Positions 9,884-19,100 of a DNA stretch of 64,000 bases are shown here, in pieces. The DNA is taken from NCBI GenBank assembly GCA_963771075.1, contig CAVYSE010000018.1:108551-172550 (forward strand), in the 5' to 3' direction. The notes beneath the pieces were generated by a model. The model did no database searches, was not told the origin of the DNA, and saw nothing but the letters and a program-made list of their open reading frames with translations. The DNA comes from a candidate division FCPU426 bacterium. GTDB lineage: Bacteria > Oederibacteriota > Muellerivitia > Muellerivitales > Muellerivitaceae. The stretch's first letter is position 1, and each line of letters begins with the position of its first letter. A program made the translations under genes and the position numbers.

Positions 9884-10355
9884 ACCATTACTCCCGGCTC
9901 TCATTCTCTTTTCGTCTTTTTTGTTTGTGGGGTGTGTGCCCATCCGGCAATTGGTGGAGCGCGGGAACCACGAGGCGTCTTCCTCCCATGCGGCGACCCT
10001 TGAATTGGATCGGGTCGAAAAACCCATCGGGAAAGACGATTGGAAAAACGAGATGGAAGGAATCGCTTCCTGGTACGGGGAGGATTTCAACGGCCACCTG
10101 ACCGCCAACGGCGAGGTCTACGACATGTACGCCTTCACGGCCGCGCACAAAACCCTTCCCTTGGGAACGGTGGTCAAGGTCACCGACGAGGAAAACGGGA
10201 TGACCACCCAGGTGCGGATCAATGACCGCGGGCCTTACGTGACCGGCCGGATCATCGACCTATCCCGCACCGCCGCGCGGGCGCTGGGAATGCGCGGGGA
10301 GGGAACCGCCCGGGTAAAATTGGAAATCGTGAGCTGGCCGAAGAATCAGGACTAA
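9873..10355 (+). CDS. rlpA: RlpA-like (septal ring lytic transglycosylase / rare lipoprotein A) DPBB-domain lipoprotein.
   Basis: TTG start with GGAGGG 4-5 nt upstream. Lipobox LFVGC. DPBB core: ASWYGEDFNGHLTANGEVYDMYAFTAAHKTLPLGTVVKVTDEENGMTTQVRINDRGPYVTGRIIDLSRTAARALG. Confidence 0.8.
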   Translation: MFLKPLLPALILFSSFLFVGCVPIRQLVERGNHEASSSHAATLELDRVEKPIGKDDWKNEMEGIASWYGEDFNGHLTANGEVYDMYAFTAAHKTLPLGTVVKVTDEENGMTTQVRINDRGPYVTGRIIDLSRTAARALGMRGEGTARVKLEIVSWPKNQD

Positions 10356-10522
10356 GTCAGCGCAAGGTTTTCCTTGCGTTTCTTGATTTCCCTTTCGATT
10401 TCCAGCAGGCAACTCACGCAAAAATACCACCCGTCCTTATTCACCAGATTTTTTCCCACGGTCCCCTTTTTTTTACAAAAATCGCATTCTTGAAAAAGAC
10501 TTTCCTGGGTTTGGGTCGGCAT
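10352..10522 (-). CDS. Small (56 aa) zinc-ribbon-like protein, not in the supplied ORF track.
   Basis: Manual translation: MPTQTQESLFQECDFCKKKGTVGKNLVNKDGWYFCVSCLLEIEREIKKRKENLALT. It has two CxxC pairs. GGAGG lies about 6 nt upstream of the ATG (ggaggtgttttATG). Its stop overlaps the rlpA stop region convergently. Confidence 0.45.
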   Translation of the reverse strand: MPTQTQESLFQECDFCKKKGTVGKNLVNKDGWYFCVSCLLEIEREIKKRKENLALT

Positions 10523-10656
10523 AAAACACCTCCTGCGCTTGATACGAATAGGTTAGGGAAGGAGGATTAAATAACTGTAACGAATCCCAAAATGATTAGT
10601 TACAATGGCGTCGGTTCGGGAAAAATCGCCCACTTTTTTGCGTCCACAGGCTGAAA

Positions 10657-11484
10657 GTGATGACTATGACAACCTTCTCGGAAAAATTGAAAGCCGCGAC
10701 CCAGCGCACGAAAGCCTGCCTTTGCGTGGGGCTGGACGTGGACCTGGCCAAGATGCCCAAGGGCCTTTCCCGCGACTCCGAGGGGATCCTGCGATTCTGC
10801 CGATCCATCGTGGAGGCCACCCGCGACCTGGCGGTGGCCTATAAACCCAACCTGGCTTTTTTTGAGTCCCTGGGGCCGCGGGGTTTCGAGATCCTCGAAC
10901 TCATCCGCCAGTCCGTCCCTTACGACTGCCTGTTCGTCGCCGACGCCAAGCGGGGAGATATCGGTAACACCTCCCAGGCCTATGCCCGGGCTTTTTACGG
11001 GCTTTTGAAATCCGACGCGGTGACCCTTTCCCCCTATATGGGGAAGGATTCCATCGATCCCTTCCTCGAATATCCCGGCACCTGTTCCTTTGTCCTTTGC
11101 CTGACTTCCAATCCCTCCGCGGCGGATTTCCAGCTGCAAACCTTGCAAGGCGGGGAGAAGCTTTATGAGAGGGTGGCCAAGACCGCCGTGGGCTGGGGAA
11201 AGGATAAAAAAGGCGAGATCGGCCTGGTCGTGGGCGCCACCCAGGCCCAATACGTCAAGGAACTGAGGGCGATCGCCCCCGATACCGTTTTTCTGGTTCC
11301 GGGGGTGGGAACCCAGGGCGGGGACCTGCAGTCGGTATTGAAAGAAGGACGATCCAAGGATGGATACGGGGTCCTGATCAACGTTTCCCGGCAGATGCTT
11401 TACGCCTCCGCCGAGAATGATTACGCCGACGCGGCCCGGGAACAGGCGCAAAAGCTGGTGAACGAGATGAAGGCGTACTTCTAG
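10657..11484 (+). CDS. pyrF: Orotidine 5'-phosphate decarboxylase (type 2).
   Basis: CLCVGLDVDL, VAYKPNLAFFE, FVADAKRGDIGNTS and VPGVGTQGG motifs. Alternative starts are at 10660 and 10666. Confidence 0.9.
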   Translation: MMTMTTFSEKLKAATQRTKACLCVGLDVDLAKMPKGLSRDSEGILRFCRSIVEATRDLAVAYKPNLAFFESLGPRGFEILELIRQSVPYDCLFVADAKRGDIGNTSQAYARAFYGLLKSDAVTLSPYMGKDSIDPFLEYPGTCSFVLCLTSNPSAADFQLQTLQGGEKLYERVAKTAVGWGKDKKGEIGLVVGATQAQYVKELRAIAPDTVFLVPGVGTQGGDLQSVLKEGRSKDGYGVLINVSRQMLYASAENDYADAAREQAQKLVNEMKAYF

Positions 11485-11488
11485 GATT

Positions 11489-11968
11489 ATCGCCAAGACA
11501 CGAAGACACGAAGGAAATCCAAATGGATTTTGTTCAAACGGACAAAGCCATGATGAAAATAGACGATGATACGGAAAGAATCGCCAAGGAAATTGTCGAT
11601 TCGGCTTATCAAGTCCACAATCTTTTAGGCCCTGGCCTCTTAGAGAGTGCTTACGAAGTATGTCTGGCTCACGAATTAGAACTTAGGGGCTTAAAAATTG
11701 AACGCCAGGTGGAAGTGCCTTTTGAGTATAAAGGAATTCGTATAGACGCAGGATTTGTTGGTGGAAAAGCGAGTTATCGTGGAAGTTAAGGCGATGGAGG
11801 GTTTGCTTCCCGTTCACCGATATCAGTTGATCACTTATTTAAAGCTTTCAAAACACAATCTGGGTTTTCTTGTAAACTTTAATGAATCTGTCATCAAGAA
11901 TGGACTAAAACGAATTATTCTTTCAAAGTAATGATTCATCGTTTTTCGCGTCTTGGCGTCTTCGCGAT
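11489..11968. mobile_element. Inverted-repeat cassette copy a (cargo: frameshifted GxxExxY gene), inserted between pyrF and pyrE.
   Basis: Left end: atcgccaagacacgaagacacgaagg (11489-11514). Right end: ttcgcgtcttggcgtcttcgcgat (11945-11968). The two are imperfect reverse complements. Each terminus is 2-3 tandem CNCNAAGA octamers. The outer flanks (acttctaggatt / aaactttgaagt) extend the dyad. Confidence 0.7.
11523..11931 (+). pseudogene. GxxExxY family (PD-(D/E)XK-like, PDDEXK_3) protein with an apparent frameshift.
   Basis: Frame 1: [55 protein letters not shown], then a stop at 11789. The conserved C-terminal half, [57 protein letters not shown], continues in another frame to 11931. The shift is at ~11750-11765 (a T/G run). 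A full-length paralog is at 33007-33450. Confidence 0.75.
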
Positions 11969-11974
11969 TAAACT

Positions 11975-12574
11975 TTGAAGTTCGGGGGGAAAATGACGAA
12001 CGACGAAGTCCTGAAAATATTCGAGGAAACACACGCCCTCTTGAAGGGGCATTTCCGCCTTTCCTCGGGCCGCCACAGCGACCGGTATTTACAATGCGCC
12101 CTGGTGTTGCAATATCCCTGGCAGGCGGAGAAGCTAGGGCAAGCCCTCGCGGAAAAAGTCAAGGAATTGAAGCCCCAGGCGGTTCTTTCGCCCGCCATGG
12201 GCGGGCTTTTCGTGGGGCATGAACTGGCCCGCGCGCTCAAGGTCCGGTCGATCTTCACCGAACGCAACAAGGAAACCGACGCCATGGAACTCAAAAGGGG
12301 TTTTACCGTGGAAAAGGGCGAGAGGATCTTCACCGTCGAGGATATATTCACGACCGGGAAATCCGTCAAGGAATCCTACCAGGTGGTCCGCAATATGGGC
12401 GCCGAGGTGGTAGGCGTGGGATGCCTGATCGACCGCAGCGGCGGCGAAATTGCCTTTGACGTGCCGGTCCGTTCGCTGGCGTCCTTGAAGGTGGAAAGCT
12501 GGGAAGAGAAGGATTGCGCCCTTTGCAAACAGGGGATGCCGGTGGTGAAACCCGGTTCCCGGTCCAAATTCTAA
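11975..12574 (+). CDS. pyrE: Orotate phosphoribosyltransferase.
   Basis: LLKGHFRLSSGRHSDRYLQCALVLQYP plus the PRPP-binding loop IFTVEDIFTTGKSV. Confidence 0.88.
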   Translation: MKFGGKMTNDEVLKIFEETHALLKGHFRLSSGRHSDRYLQCALVLQYPWQAEKLGQALAEKVKELKPQAVLSPAMGGLFVGHELARALKVRSIFTERNKETDAMELKRGFTVEKGERIFTVEDIFTTGKSVKESYQVVRNMGAEVVGVGCLIDRSGGEIAFDVPVRSLASLKVESWEEKDCALCKQGMPVVKPGSRSKF

Positions 12575-12595
12575 GGAAAACGTCAACTTCAAGGA

Positions 12596-12730
12596 TTAGC
12601 GCCAAGACACGAAGAAGAGTAGGCATAAAATGAACGGGGTTAACCAATTAGGAGTGTAAAAGGAATAAGTCTTTGACTTTAGTGTTCGCACGAAGAACTT
12701 GTTTTCTTGGGGCCTTCGTGTCTTGGCGAT
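12596..12730. repeat. Cargo-less (MITE-like) copy b of the inverted-repeat cassette.
   Basis: Left end: ttagcgccaagacacgaagaag. Right end: cttggggccttcgtgtcttggcgat. The flanking aacttcaaggatt / ggatttgaagtt extend the inverted repeat. About 90 bp lie between the ends with no ORF. It starts ~20 nt after the pyrE stop. Confidence 0.65.
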
Positions 12731-12761
12731 GGATTTGAAGTTAATCGATAATGAGGTTTGA

Positions 12762-13046
12762 ATGCCCGAAAAGAAACCCCAACCTAAGACCGATTCCTCT
12801 CCCGCCGACCGAAACACGGTCCGGGAATATATCCAGGCGAACCTGCTGGTATGGGGTTTCCTGGTATTGCTGGGAATCATCGCCTTCTTCTTCGTGTGCG
12901 GGGGAGTTTGGGATGACGTGTCCGAGGGGACCCTGGAATTCCTTTTCGTGATCATGGGCGGCGGCTTTACCCTGGTATCCGCCTTGGACTATCTTTACGA
13001 CCGGAATTTCCGCGCCCAAGCCGCCAACGAGGAGGAACATTCTTGA
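12762..13046 (+). CDS. Small membrane protein (two predicted TM helices), function unknown.
   Basis: Hydrophobic stretches LLVWGFLVLLGIIAFFFVCGGV and LEFLFVIMGGGFTLVSAL. Its stop overlaps the next start (TTGA). Confidence 0.5.
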   Translation: MPEKKPQPKTDSSPADRNTVREYIQANLLVWGFLVLLGIIAFFFVCGGVWDDVSEGTLEFLFVIMGGGFTLVSALDYLYDRNFRAQAANEEEHS

Positions 13047-14104
13047 ACTCTTTCTTGAATAAAAGGATTGCGCTGTTTCTGGCCTGGACCCTCCTGTTTT
13101 CCCCCGGGATGACCGCCCTTTCCTTCGCCCAGGCGGCGAATGCCACGGGGGCGAATGCCATGGCGGCGAACACACCTTTGGCATCGTCGGCCAACGCGGC
13201 CGCGACCCCTTCGCCGGCCGACCCCGACGAGCTTTCCACGATCCAGCACCTGGCCCAAGCCGGTTATTTAGGCGATCAAAAGGCCAAATACCTTTCTGAA
13301 AACTTGACCGAGGACCAGATTACGGACGCGTTATTGGCCATTTATGAACAGCTTTCCGCCGTGGATTCCAAGACCCTATCCCCTGGAAACAAACAATATA
13401 CGCTGGATGATTTGCAGGCCCTCCAGGCGCTGGTCAAGGATAAGGCGGAGGATATCCGTGCCCGGAAGGTTTCCTCCTGGCGTTTTGATAACAAGATCCA
13501 GAAGATGATCGCGGCCCTCGGCGGAACCGCCCCTGCCCCGGCCAGTACGGCCGCGCCCCCGCCCACCGCGACTGTCCTTCCCGCAGCGCCCACCGCGACC
13601 CCTACCCCGGTCGTCACGCCCGGCCCTTCACGGCAGGAGTTCGAAAGTTTGAAATCCAACCTCCAGGATTTGGACCGGAAAACCCTGGACATCCAAAAGA
13701 GCTATGACCTGAAAGCCGATGAAATCGCCAAAAGCAACGATGAAATGAAGAAATCCAACGCGGAGGTCCGGGAACAGCTGGACCTGGTGAAAAACCTCAT
13801 CGACCGGGTCCAGGAAGACCTTCAAAAGACGGAAAACCGCCTGGAGCAGGTGAGCCAAAAGGCGGAGGAAAAGAACATCACGGACACGGAGCTGGAGCAG
13901 GAATTAACGGTCATGCACAAGGATATGAGGGATAATGTGCAGGATGTGAGCGTACTCAAGCAGGAAGTGGCGAAGTTGGATAAGAGCGGCGAGGTCAAGA
14001 GCGAGAACGTGCTGGACCAGGTCCTTGACTCGAAATGGCTCGCGGGCGGGGCCCTGGTGGTCGGGTTGGCCGCCTTGGTGGTGGGTTTAAGCAACCATAA
14101 GTAA
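13043..14104 (+). CDS. Secreted coiled-coil protein with a C-terminal membrane anchor, function unknown.
   Basis: Signal peptide (ALFLAWTLLFSPGMTALSFAQA), an Ala/Pro/Thr-rich linker, a long heptad-like charged region (QEFESLKSNLQDLDRKTLDIQKSYDLKADEIAKSNDEMKKSNAEVREQLDLVKNLIDRVQEDLQKTENRLEQVSQKAEEK) and a terminal TM (WLAGGALVVGLAALVVGL). Confidence 0.55.
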   Translation: MNSFLNKRIALFLAWTLLFSPGMTALSFAQAANATGANAMAANTPLASSANAAATPSPADPDELSTIQHLAQAGYLGDQKAKYLSENLTEDQITDALLAIYEQLSAVDSKTLSPGNKQYTLDDLQALQALVKDKAEDIRARKVSSWRFDNKIQKMIAALGGTAPAPASTAAPPPTATVLPAAPTATPTPVVTPGPSRQEFESLKSNLQDLDRKTLDIQKSYDLKADEIAKSNDEMKKSNAEVREQLDLVKNLIDRVQEDLQKTENRLEQVSQKAEEKNITDTELEQELTVMHKDMRDNVQDVSVLKQEVAKLDKSGEVKSENVLDQVLDSKWLAGGALVVGLAALVVGLSNHK

Positions 14105-14179
14105 ACCGGGGGTTGTTCTGGAACCGCCGGTAAGGTGGGGCGGGTAAATTTAAAAGAGTTTTGAATAAAGGAGCGGACC

Positions 14180-14830
14180 ATGTTCTTAGGACATTATGGG
14201 GTCGGGATGGCGGCGAAAAAGATCGCCCCAAAAACTTCCCTGGGCATTCTCCTGGCGGCGGCCCAGTGGCTGGACATTCTCTGGCCGCTTTTCCTGATCC
14301 TGGGCATCGAGCATGTACGCATCACGCCTAATTGGACCAAGCTCAGCCCGTTGGAGTTTTACGACTTTCCCATGTCCCACAGCCTCCTGATGGTCGGCTT
14401 TTGGGCCTTGCTATGGTGGCTGGTTTCCACGGCCCTTAAGATGAACTGGAAAGTCTCGCTGATCCTTCCGGGCCTGGTCGTGAGCCATTGGGTCTTGGAC
14501 CTGCTGGTCCACCGCCCGGACCTTCCGCTGACGCCGCGAAGCAGCACGGTGATGGGATTGGGATTGTGGAACTATCCCATCTGGACCATCAACCTCGAGT
14601 TCATCCTATTGATCGTCGGATTCGCCCTCTATATCGGCTGCACGGAGGCAAAAGATAGGATCGGTTCCATCGGTCCTTGGGTCTTGACCGGCTTTCTCGT
14701 GGCCGTCTATGTGGCCAGCCTGGTGTCCCCGCCGCCGCCCTCATCGGATTTCGTCGCCTGGATGGCCCTTTCCCTATGGGCGCTTTACCCCATCGCCCAT
14801 TGGATCGACCGGCACCGTAAGCCTGCCTGA
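14180..14830 (+). CDS. Polytopic membrane protein. It may be a YdjM/DUF457-like membrane hydrolase, but that assignment is not secure.
   Basis: Six or more hydrophobic segments, an N-terminal MFLGHYGVG and several conserved-looking His residues (EHV, MSHS, SHWVLDLLVHRPD). Confidence 0.45.
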   Translation: MFLGHYGVGMAAKKIAPKTSLGILLAAAQWLDILWPLFLILGIEHVRITPNWTKLSPLEFYDFPMSHSLLMVGFWALLWWLVSTALKMNWKVSLILPGLVVSHWVLDLLVHRPDLPLTPRSSTVMGLGLWNYPIWTINLEFILLIVGFALYIGCTEAKDRIGSIGPWVLTGFLVAVYVASLVSPPPPSSDFVAWMALSLWALYPIAHWIDRHRKPA

Positions 14831-14832
14831 AC

Positions 14833-15273
14833 ATGAAGCCCATTACGGTCCGGAAGGCCAACGATTCGGACGAAAGCGCCCTGGCGCTGGTATACCGGGC
14901 CGTCTTTTCCTCCCCCCCCTACCAGGAACCCTGGACCGACCACGCGGCACGGTTACGGGTGCGCCAGCTTCTCCAGGCCATCGACGGCATGGGTTGGGTC
15001 GTGACCCTTTACGGCCAGCCTGTAGGTTTTGCCTTCATTCAAATGAAAGAGGGATACAACGGCAGCTACGTGGAACTTTTAGAAACCGCGGTGCACCCCT
15101 ATCTTCAGGGCCAAGGAATGGGGAGCCTCCTGATGGGGGAAGTCCTGAAGTTCAAAAGGTCCAAGAAATTGAAAACCCTCTATGGGGTTTGTTTGAATCC
15201 AAAACTCGGAACCTTTTTCAAGAAATGCGGGTTTAAACTTTCAAAACGGGCAAGACTTTGGTCCAAACTTTGA
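14833..15273 (+). CDS. GNAT-family N-acetyltransferase.
   Basis: Acetyl-CoA-binding motif A-like LQGQGMGSLLMGEVL, the typical length (146 aa) and the terminal FFKKCGFK. Confidence 0.75.
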   Translation: MKPITVRKANDSDESALALVYRAVFSSPPYQEPWTDHAARLRVRQLLQAIDGMGWVVTLYGQPVGFAFIQMKEGYNGSYVELLETAVHPYLQGQGMGSLLMGEVLKFKRSKKLKTLYGVCLNPKLGTFFKKCGFKLSKRARLWSKL

Positions 15274-15435
15274 TGTTCGATGTGAAAATTGACACTTTTG
15301 AATTAAATCGATAGAAATTTAACGTTTAAACCCTTTTAAATAGCTAAAAACGTATCAAGACCCCCCGAAAACTTAGTTTTTGATGGTATGGAAAATGCTT
15401 TTCCTAAATGAAACGATTCTTTTCAAGGGGATAGC

Positions 15436-15579
15436 ATGGCTCGGGTTTGGATCCTACTTATGGGTTTGGTCTTAATGACTTTGGCTTTTGCTTGCGCTTC
15501 GCGAAGCCTGCAATCGCCGGTGAATCCCGAACAGGGCCTCACCCTCGTTCCCACCGCGACCTTGACGCCGACACAATAA
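15436..15579 (+). CDS. Small (47 aa) putative lipoprotein, not in the supplied ORF track.
   Basis: MARVWILLMGLVLMTLAFACASRSLQSPVNPEQGLTLVPTATLTPTQ. It has a signal peptide with lipobox LAFAC. It sits in an AT-rich intergenic region with a TTGACA-N17-TAGAAA promoter-like sequence at 15289-15317. Confidence 0.35.
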   Translation: MARVWILLMGLVLMTLAFACASRSLQSPVNPEQGLTLVPTATLTPTQ

Positions 15580-15600
15580 GACACTGATTCAAGCTGGCCT

Positions 15601-17337
15601 TCATTCAATCCTCAAACCTGCCGCTTTAACCTCCAACGTCAAACTTCTTTCTTTCGTGAGCGTCACCATTCCCATGGGTGCCCCGGGGATGCGCCTCACA
15701 TTTTTCTTTTCGGTGTAACTCACGGTCACCTTTTCCCCGGCCTTGGCCTTGCTGCGCGTGGCCGCGGCCTGGGCCGCCATATGGATGAGTTCAAGGGTGG
15801 GTACGGCCCCGCGCTGGAGGCGGCGGAGCAAAACATGGGAACCGGGCAAATCCCGCACATGGAACCAGAGGTCCTCCGGCTGGGCCAGTTGGAAGGTAAC
15901 GTAATCATTGGCGGCGGCGGAAGTGCCCGCGCAAAGCTCGAATTCCTTTCCGATTTTTTCCCGGAAAATATTGGGGGTCGGCACCTTTTCAATCCTGGGC
16001 TTGGCGGTTTTGAGCCTGACGGCCTTCTCGACCGGGAAGAGTTCCTGGTGGGCCTTCTTAATCTCCCGGGGGTCTTTGAGGGCGGGCAGGCTCCGCTGGG
16101 CCGATTTCAACTGCTCGATCCGGGTCTTGACCTCGTTTTCCCTTTTTTCAACCTGGGCCAGTCCCCTCGATCCCTTTTGGGCCTTCTTGAAATAACGCTG
16201 GGCGTTCAGGAGGGGAGTGGCTTCCGGGTCGAGGGGAACGCGTTGAAGCTCGGGGTTTCCCCGGATCACGTCCTCCAAGACCGTCTCGGACTGGTGGATC
16301 TTGATCTTGTGAAGCTGGGCCATGATCAGTCTCGCCCCACCATTGGTATTGGTCGGACCGTTCGGCTTCGGCCGGTCTTTCTTCAGCTTTTCCATGATCC
16401 GTTTCTCATGCTTGAGCGCCTTGGCGATCTCGCTTTCCAAGGTGGTTTTTTGGGAAAGCCAATGGCGGTGCTGGTTGTCCAATTGGAACAACCGGGAGAG
16501 GGCCTGATAGGCGGTGGGGAAGGTTTCCCTTTCCTTGGCCGTGGGAATGGACTCGTGGAAGAGGCGCAGGACCGGGGGCGGGCCCAGGAACAGGATGAAA
16601 TCATGCCAAGGGCCCCTCCAGCGCAAGCTTTTTCACCCGGTCCCATTCGGTAAAGGCGCCGTCGCTAAAGCTTTCCAGGTAGACCGGAAAGCTCAGGGTC
16701 GGTGCCCCGCAAATCGGTTTTCAGCCAAGGTCCGAGGGGCGGACGGCCCGCCATGGGCCCAGAGAGCTTGGAGGGACGATGGGTCCAAATCCCAAAGGTT
16801 GGGCTTGTCCCCGGGCTGGGGGGCGGGGGAATAGGGGACCTGGGGAAGCACCGGCCTTTCCGAGTCGTTGCGGTAACGCAGGGCGCTGATGATCCCGCCG
16901 TCGCCGCCGATCAGGATCAAATTCGGATACTTGGGGAGCCCCTCGAAGATCAGCTTGAACGGACCGTCGTGGGTCTTCAAAAGAATCTGGATCACCCTTT
17001 GGCCGGGTTCCTGGACCACGTCCAGGACCTGGGCGTAATCCAGGTTCTTGCGCAGGGACCTGCAAAAATTGGGAGGCTTGTCCAGGGCGGGAGGTTTTTG
17101 ATCGGTCAGGAAGAGGATCGGCTTCAGGGCCATCAGGGCCGTGACCAGGTAATAGGTTCTGCCGGTCGGGGTGGTAAAGGGACAACTCCACATGGTCGGG
17201 GGAGGACTGGGAGACGTGGGAGACCCTTGAACCGGGTAATAGGGATTTCAGTTCCCGGGCCAGCAGGGTGGCGAGTAGGGGTGTCAGGTTTGGGTCCTCA
17301 AGGTTGGCATTGGGTTGAATTTTACCATTTTGTTTGA
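15601..17337 (-). pseudogene. rqcH: RqcH/FbpA (NFACT-family, ribosome quality control) homolog broken by at least three frameshifts.
   Basis: C-terminal piece (15601-16626) has the NFACT-R/DUF814 hallmark EDLWFHVRDLPGSHVLLR. A middle piece (16693-17193) has NFACT-N-like TGRTYYLVTALMALKPILFLTD...KLIFEGLPKYPNLILI. The N-terminal LTPLLATLLARELKSLLPGSRVSHVSQSSPDHVELSLY lies in a third frame (17150-17310). A further segment, LSFPVYLESFSDGAFTEWDRVKKLALEG, is in yet another frame at ~16620-16700. Confidence 0.75.
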
Positions 17338-17419
17338 AGGGTAGGGCCCTTGTTTGGGGGGGCCGGGGGGAATAAACTGAGGAAGATACAGGGTGATCGC
17401 AAGGCTCAAGGGGACGCGG

Positions 17420-19100
17420 ATGGATCAGCCATGGCTATCTTCTTATGACCGGGGAGTGCCAAAAACCCTTGAATACCCGGAATGCACCCTTCCGGACCTG
17501 CTCCAACAAACCGCCGAAAAGTACCCCCGCCATTCCGCGATCCATTATTTCGGTTCGACCCTCACCTACCGGGAACTCAACCAAAAAGTCGACCAATTCG
17601 CCAATCTTTTGATCCGGGAGGGCGTCCAACCCGGCGACCGGGTGGCCCTTTACCTGCCCAACTGCCCGCCTTGTGTCATCGCCTTTTTCGGGGCCATGCG
17701 GGCCGGGGCGGTGGTGACGCAATTGAACCCCCTCTACTCCAAAACCGAGACCGTCCACCAGCTGAAAGATTCGGGGGCGAGGGTGGTGGTGTCGCTGGAC
17801 CGGTTCGTGCCCATCCTCGATTCGATCATTGAGGAATGCGGCCTTCGAAAAATTTGGCTGACCCGCATCAACGATTATTTCGCCAAACCCCTGAAGTGGT
17901 TTTATCCCCTGCGCGCGATGGCGCAAAAGTCCTGGGTGCGTTGGCCGGATAAGGCCATTTACCGAAGTTTCGTGAAGGACCTGGATTCGGCTCTCGGCGC
18001 CAGTCCATGCCCTGTCCCTGGCGAAGATGGACGACACGGCCATCCTGCAATATACCGGCGGAACCACCGGGGTTTCCAAGGGCGTGATCCTGACCCAGCG
18101 GAACCTGGTGGCCAACGCTTACCAGTGCAAGTTGTGGTTCCCGGGCATTCCCGACGGGAGCGCGGTCTTTTTGATCGCGGTGCCGATTTTCCATTGCTAC
18201 GGCTTGACCGCGGGCATGAACTTCGCGCTTTTCAAAGCCTCGCCCATGGTGCTCCTGCCCAAGTTCGACGTAACGCAGGTGCTGGAGGCCATCCAAAAAT
18301 ACAAGGTGGCGGTTTTCCCGGGTGTGCAGGCCATGTACAACGCCATCAACCAGCATCCCCGGACCTCCCATTACGACCTTCGAAGCATCGTGGCCTGCCT
18401 TTCCGGCGCCGGGCCCCTGCACCTGGAGGTCCAGAAGAAATTCGAGGAGCTGACGGGCGGGCGTGTCTCGGAAGGCTACGGGCTGACCGAGGCATCCCCC
18501 GTCACGCATTGCAACCCCATTTTTGGAAAACGCAAGATCGGGTGCATCGGCGTGCCCTTTCCGGGTACGGATTGCAAGATCGTGGACTTGGAGACGGGCA
18601 AGAAGACCCTGGGCGCGGGGGAGGTCGGCGAGATTATCGTCAAAGGCCCGCAGGTCATGCAGGGCTACTGGAACCACCCGGAAGAAACCGCCAAGGTATT
18701 GAAGGACGGATGGCTTTATACGGGGGACATCGGGACCATGGACGCCGACGGGTTCTTTTCCGTCGTGGACCGCAAGAAGGATATGGTCAAGGTCGGGGGT
18801 GAAAGTGTATTCCCGCGCGAGGTGGAGGAAGTTTTATTCCAGCACCCCAAAGTCCTGGATTGCGTGGTGGCGGGCGTGCCGGACGCGGCCATGGTGCACA
18901 AGGTGAAGGCCTACATCGTTTTGAAACCGGGCCAATCGGCCGATCCCCAGGACATCATCGATTTTTGCAAGGGGCAAATGGCGAAATACAAGGTCCCCAA
19001 GGACGTGGAGTTCAGGGAGTCTTTGCCCAAGAACATGATCGGGAAGATGCTGAGGCGGTTGCTGGTGGAAGAAGAAAAGGAAAAACTAAAGAAGATTTAA
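17420..19100 (+). pseudogene. fadD: Long-chain fatty acid--CoA ligase (AMP-binding, FadD-like) with one apparent frameshift.
   Basis: N-terminal frame: MDQPWLSSYDRGVPKTLEYPE...YRELNQKVDQFANLLIREGVQPGDRVALYLPNCP. The AMP-binding motif ILQYTGGTTGVSKGVILTQRNL and the rest (to KMLRRLL) are in the frame of ORF 18027-19100. That second frame is open from 17976, so the shift lies at ~17976-18005. Confidence 0.8.

Noticed and set aside
8921-10108. A 395-aa minus-strand ORF and a 355-aa +2-frame ORF overlapping pyrD and rlpA.
   Set aside because: They are shadow frames of a GC-rich coding region. Their translations are Arg/Gly/His-rich with no motifs, whereas the pyrD and rlpA frames carry family-defining motifs.
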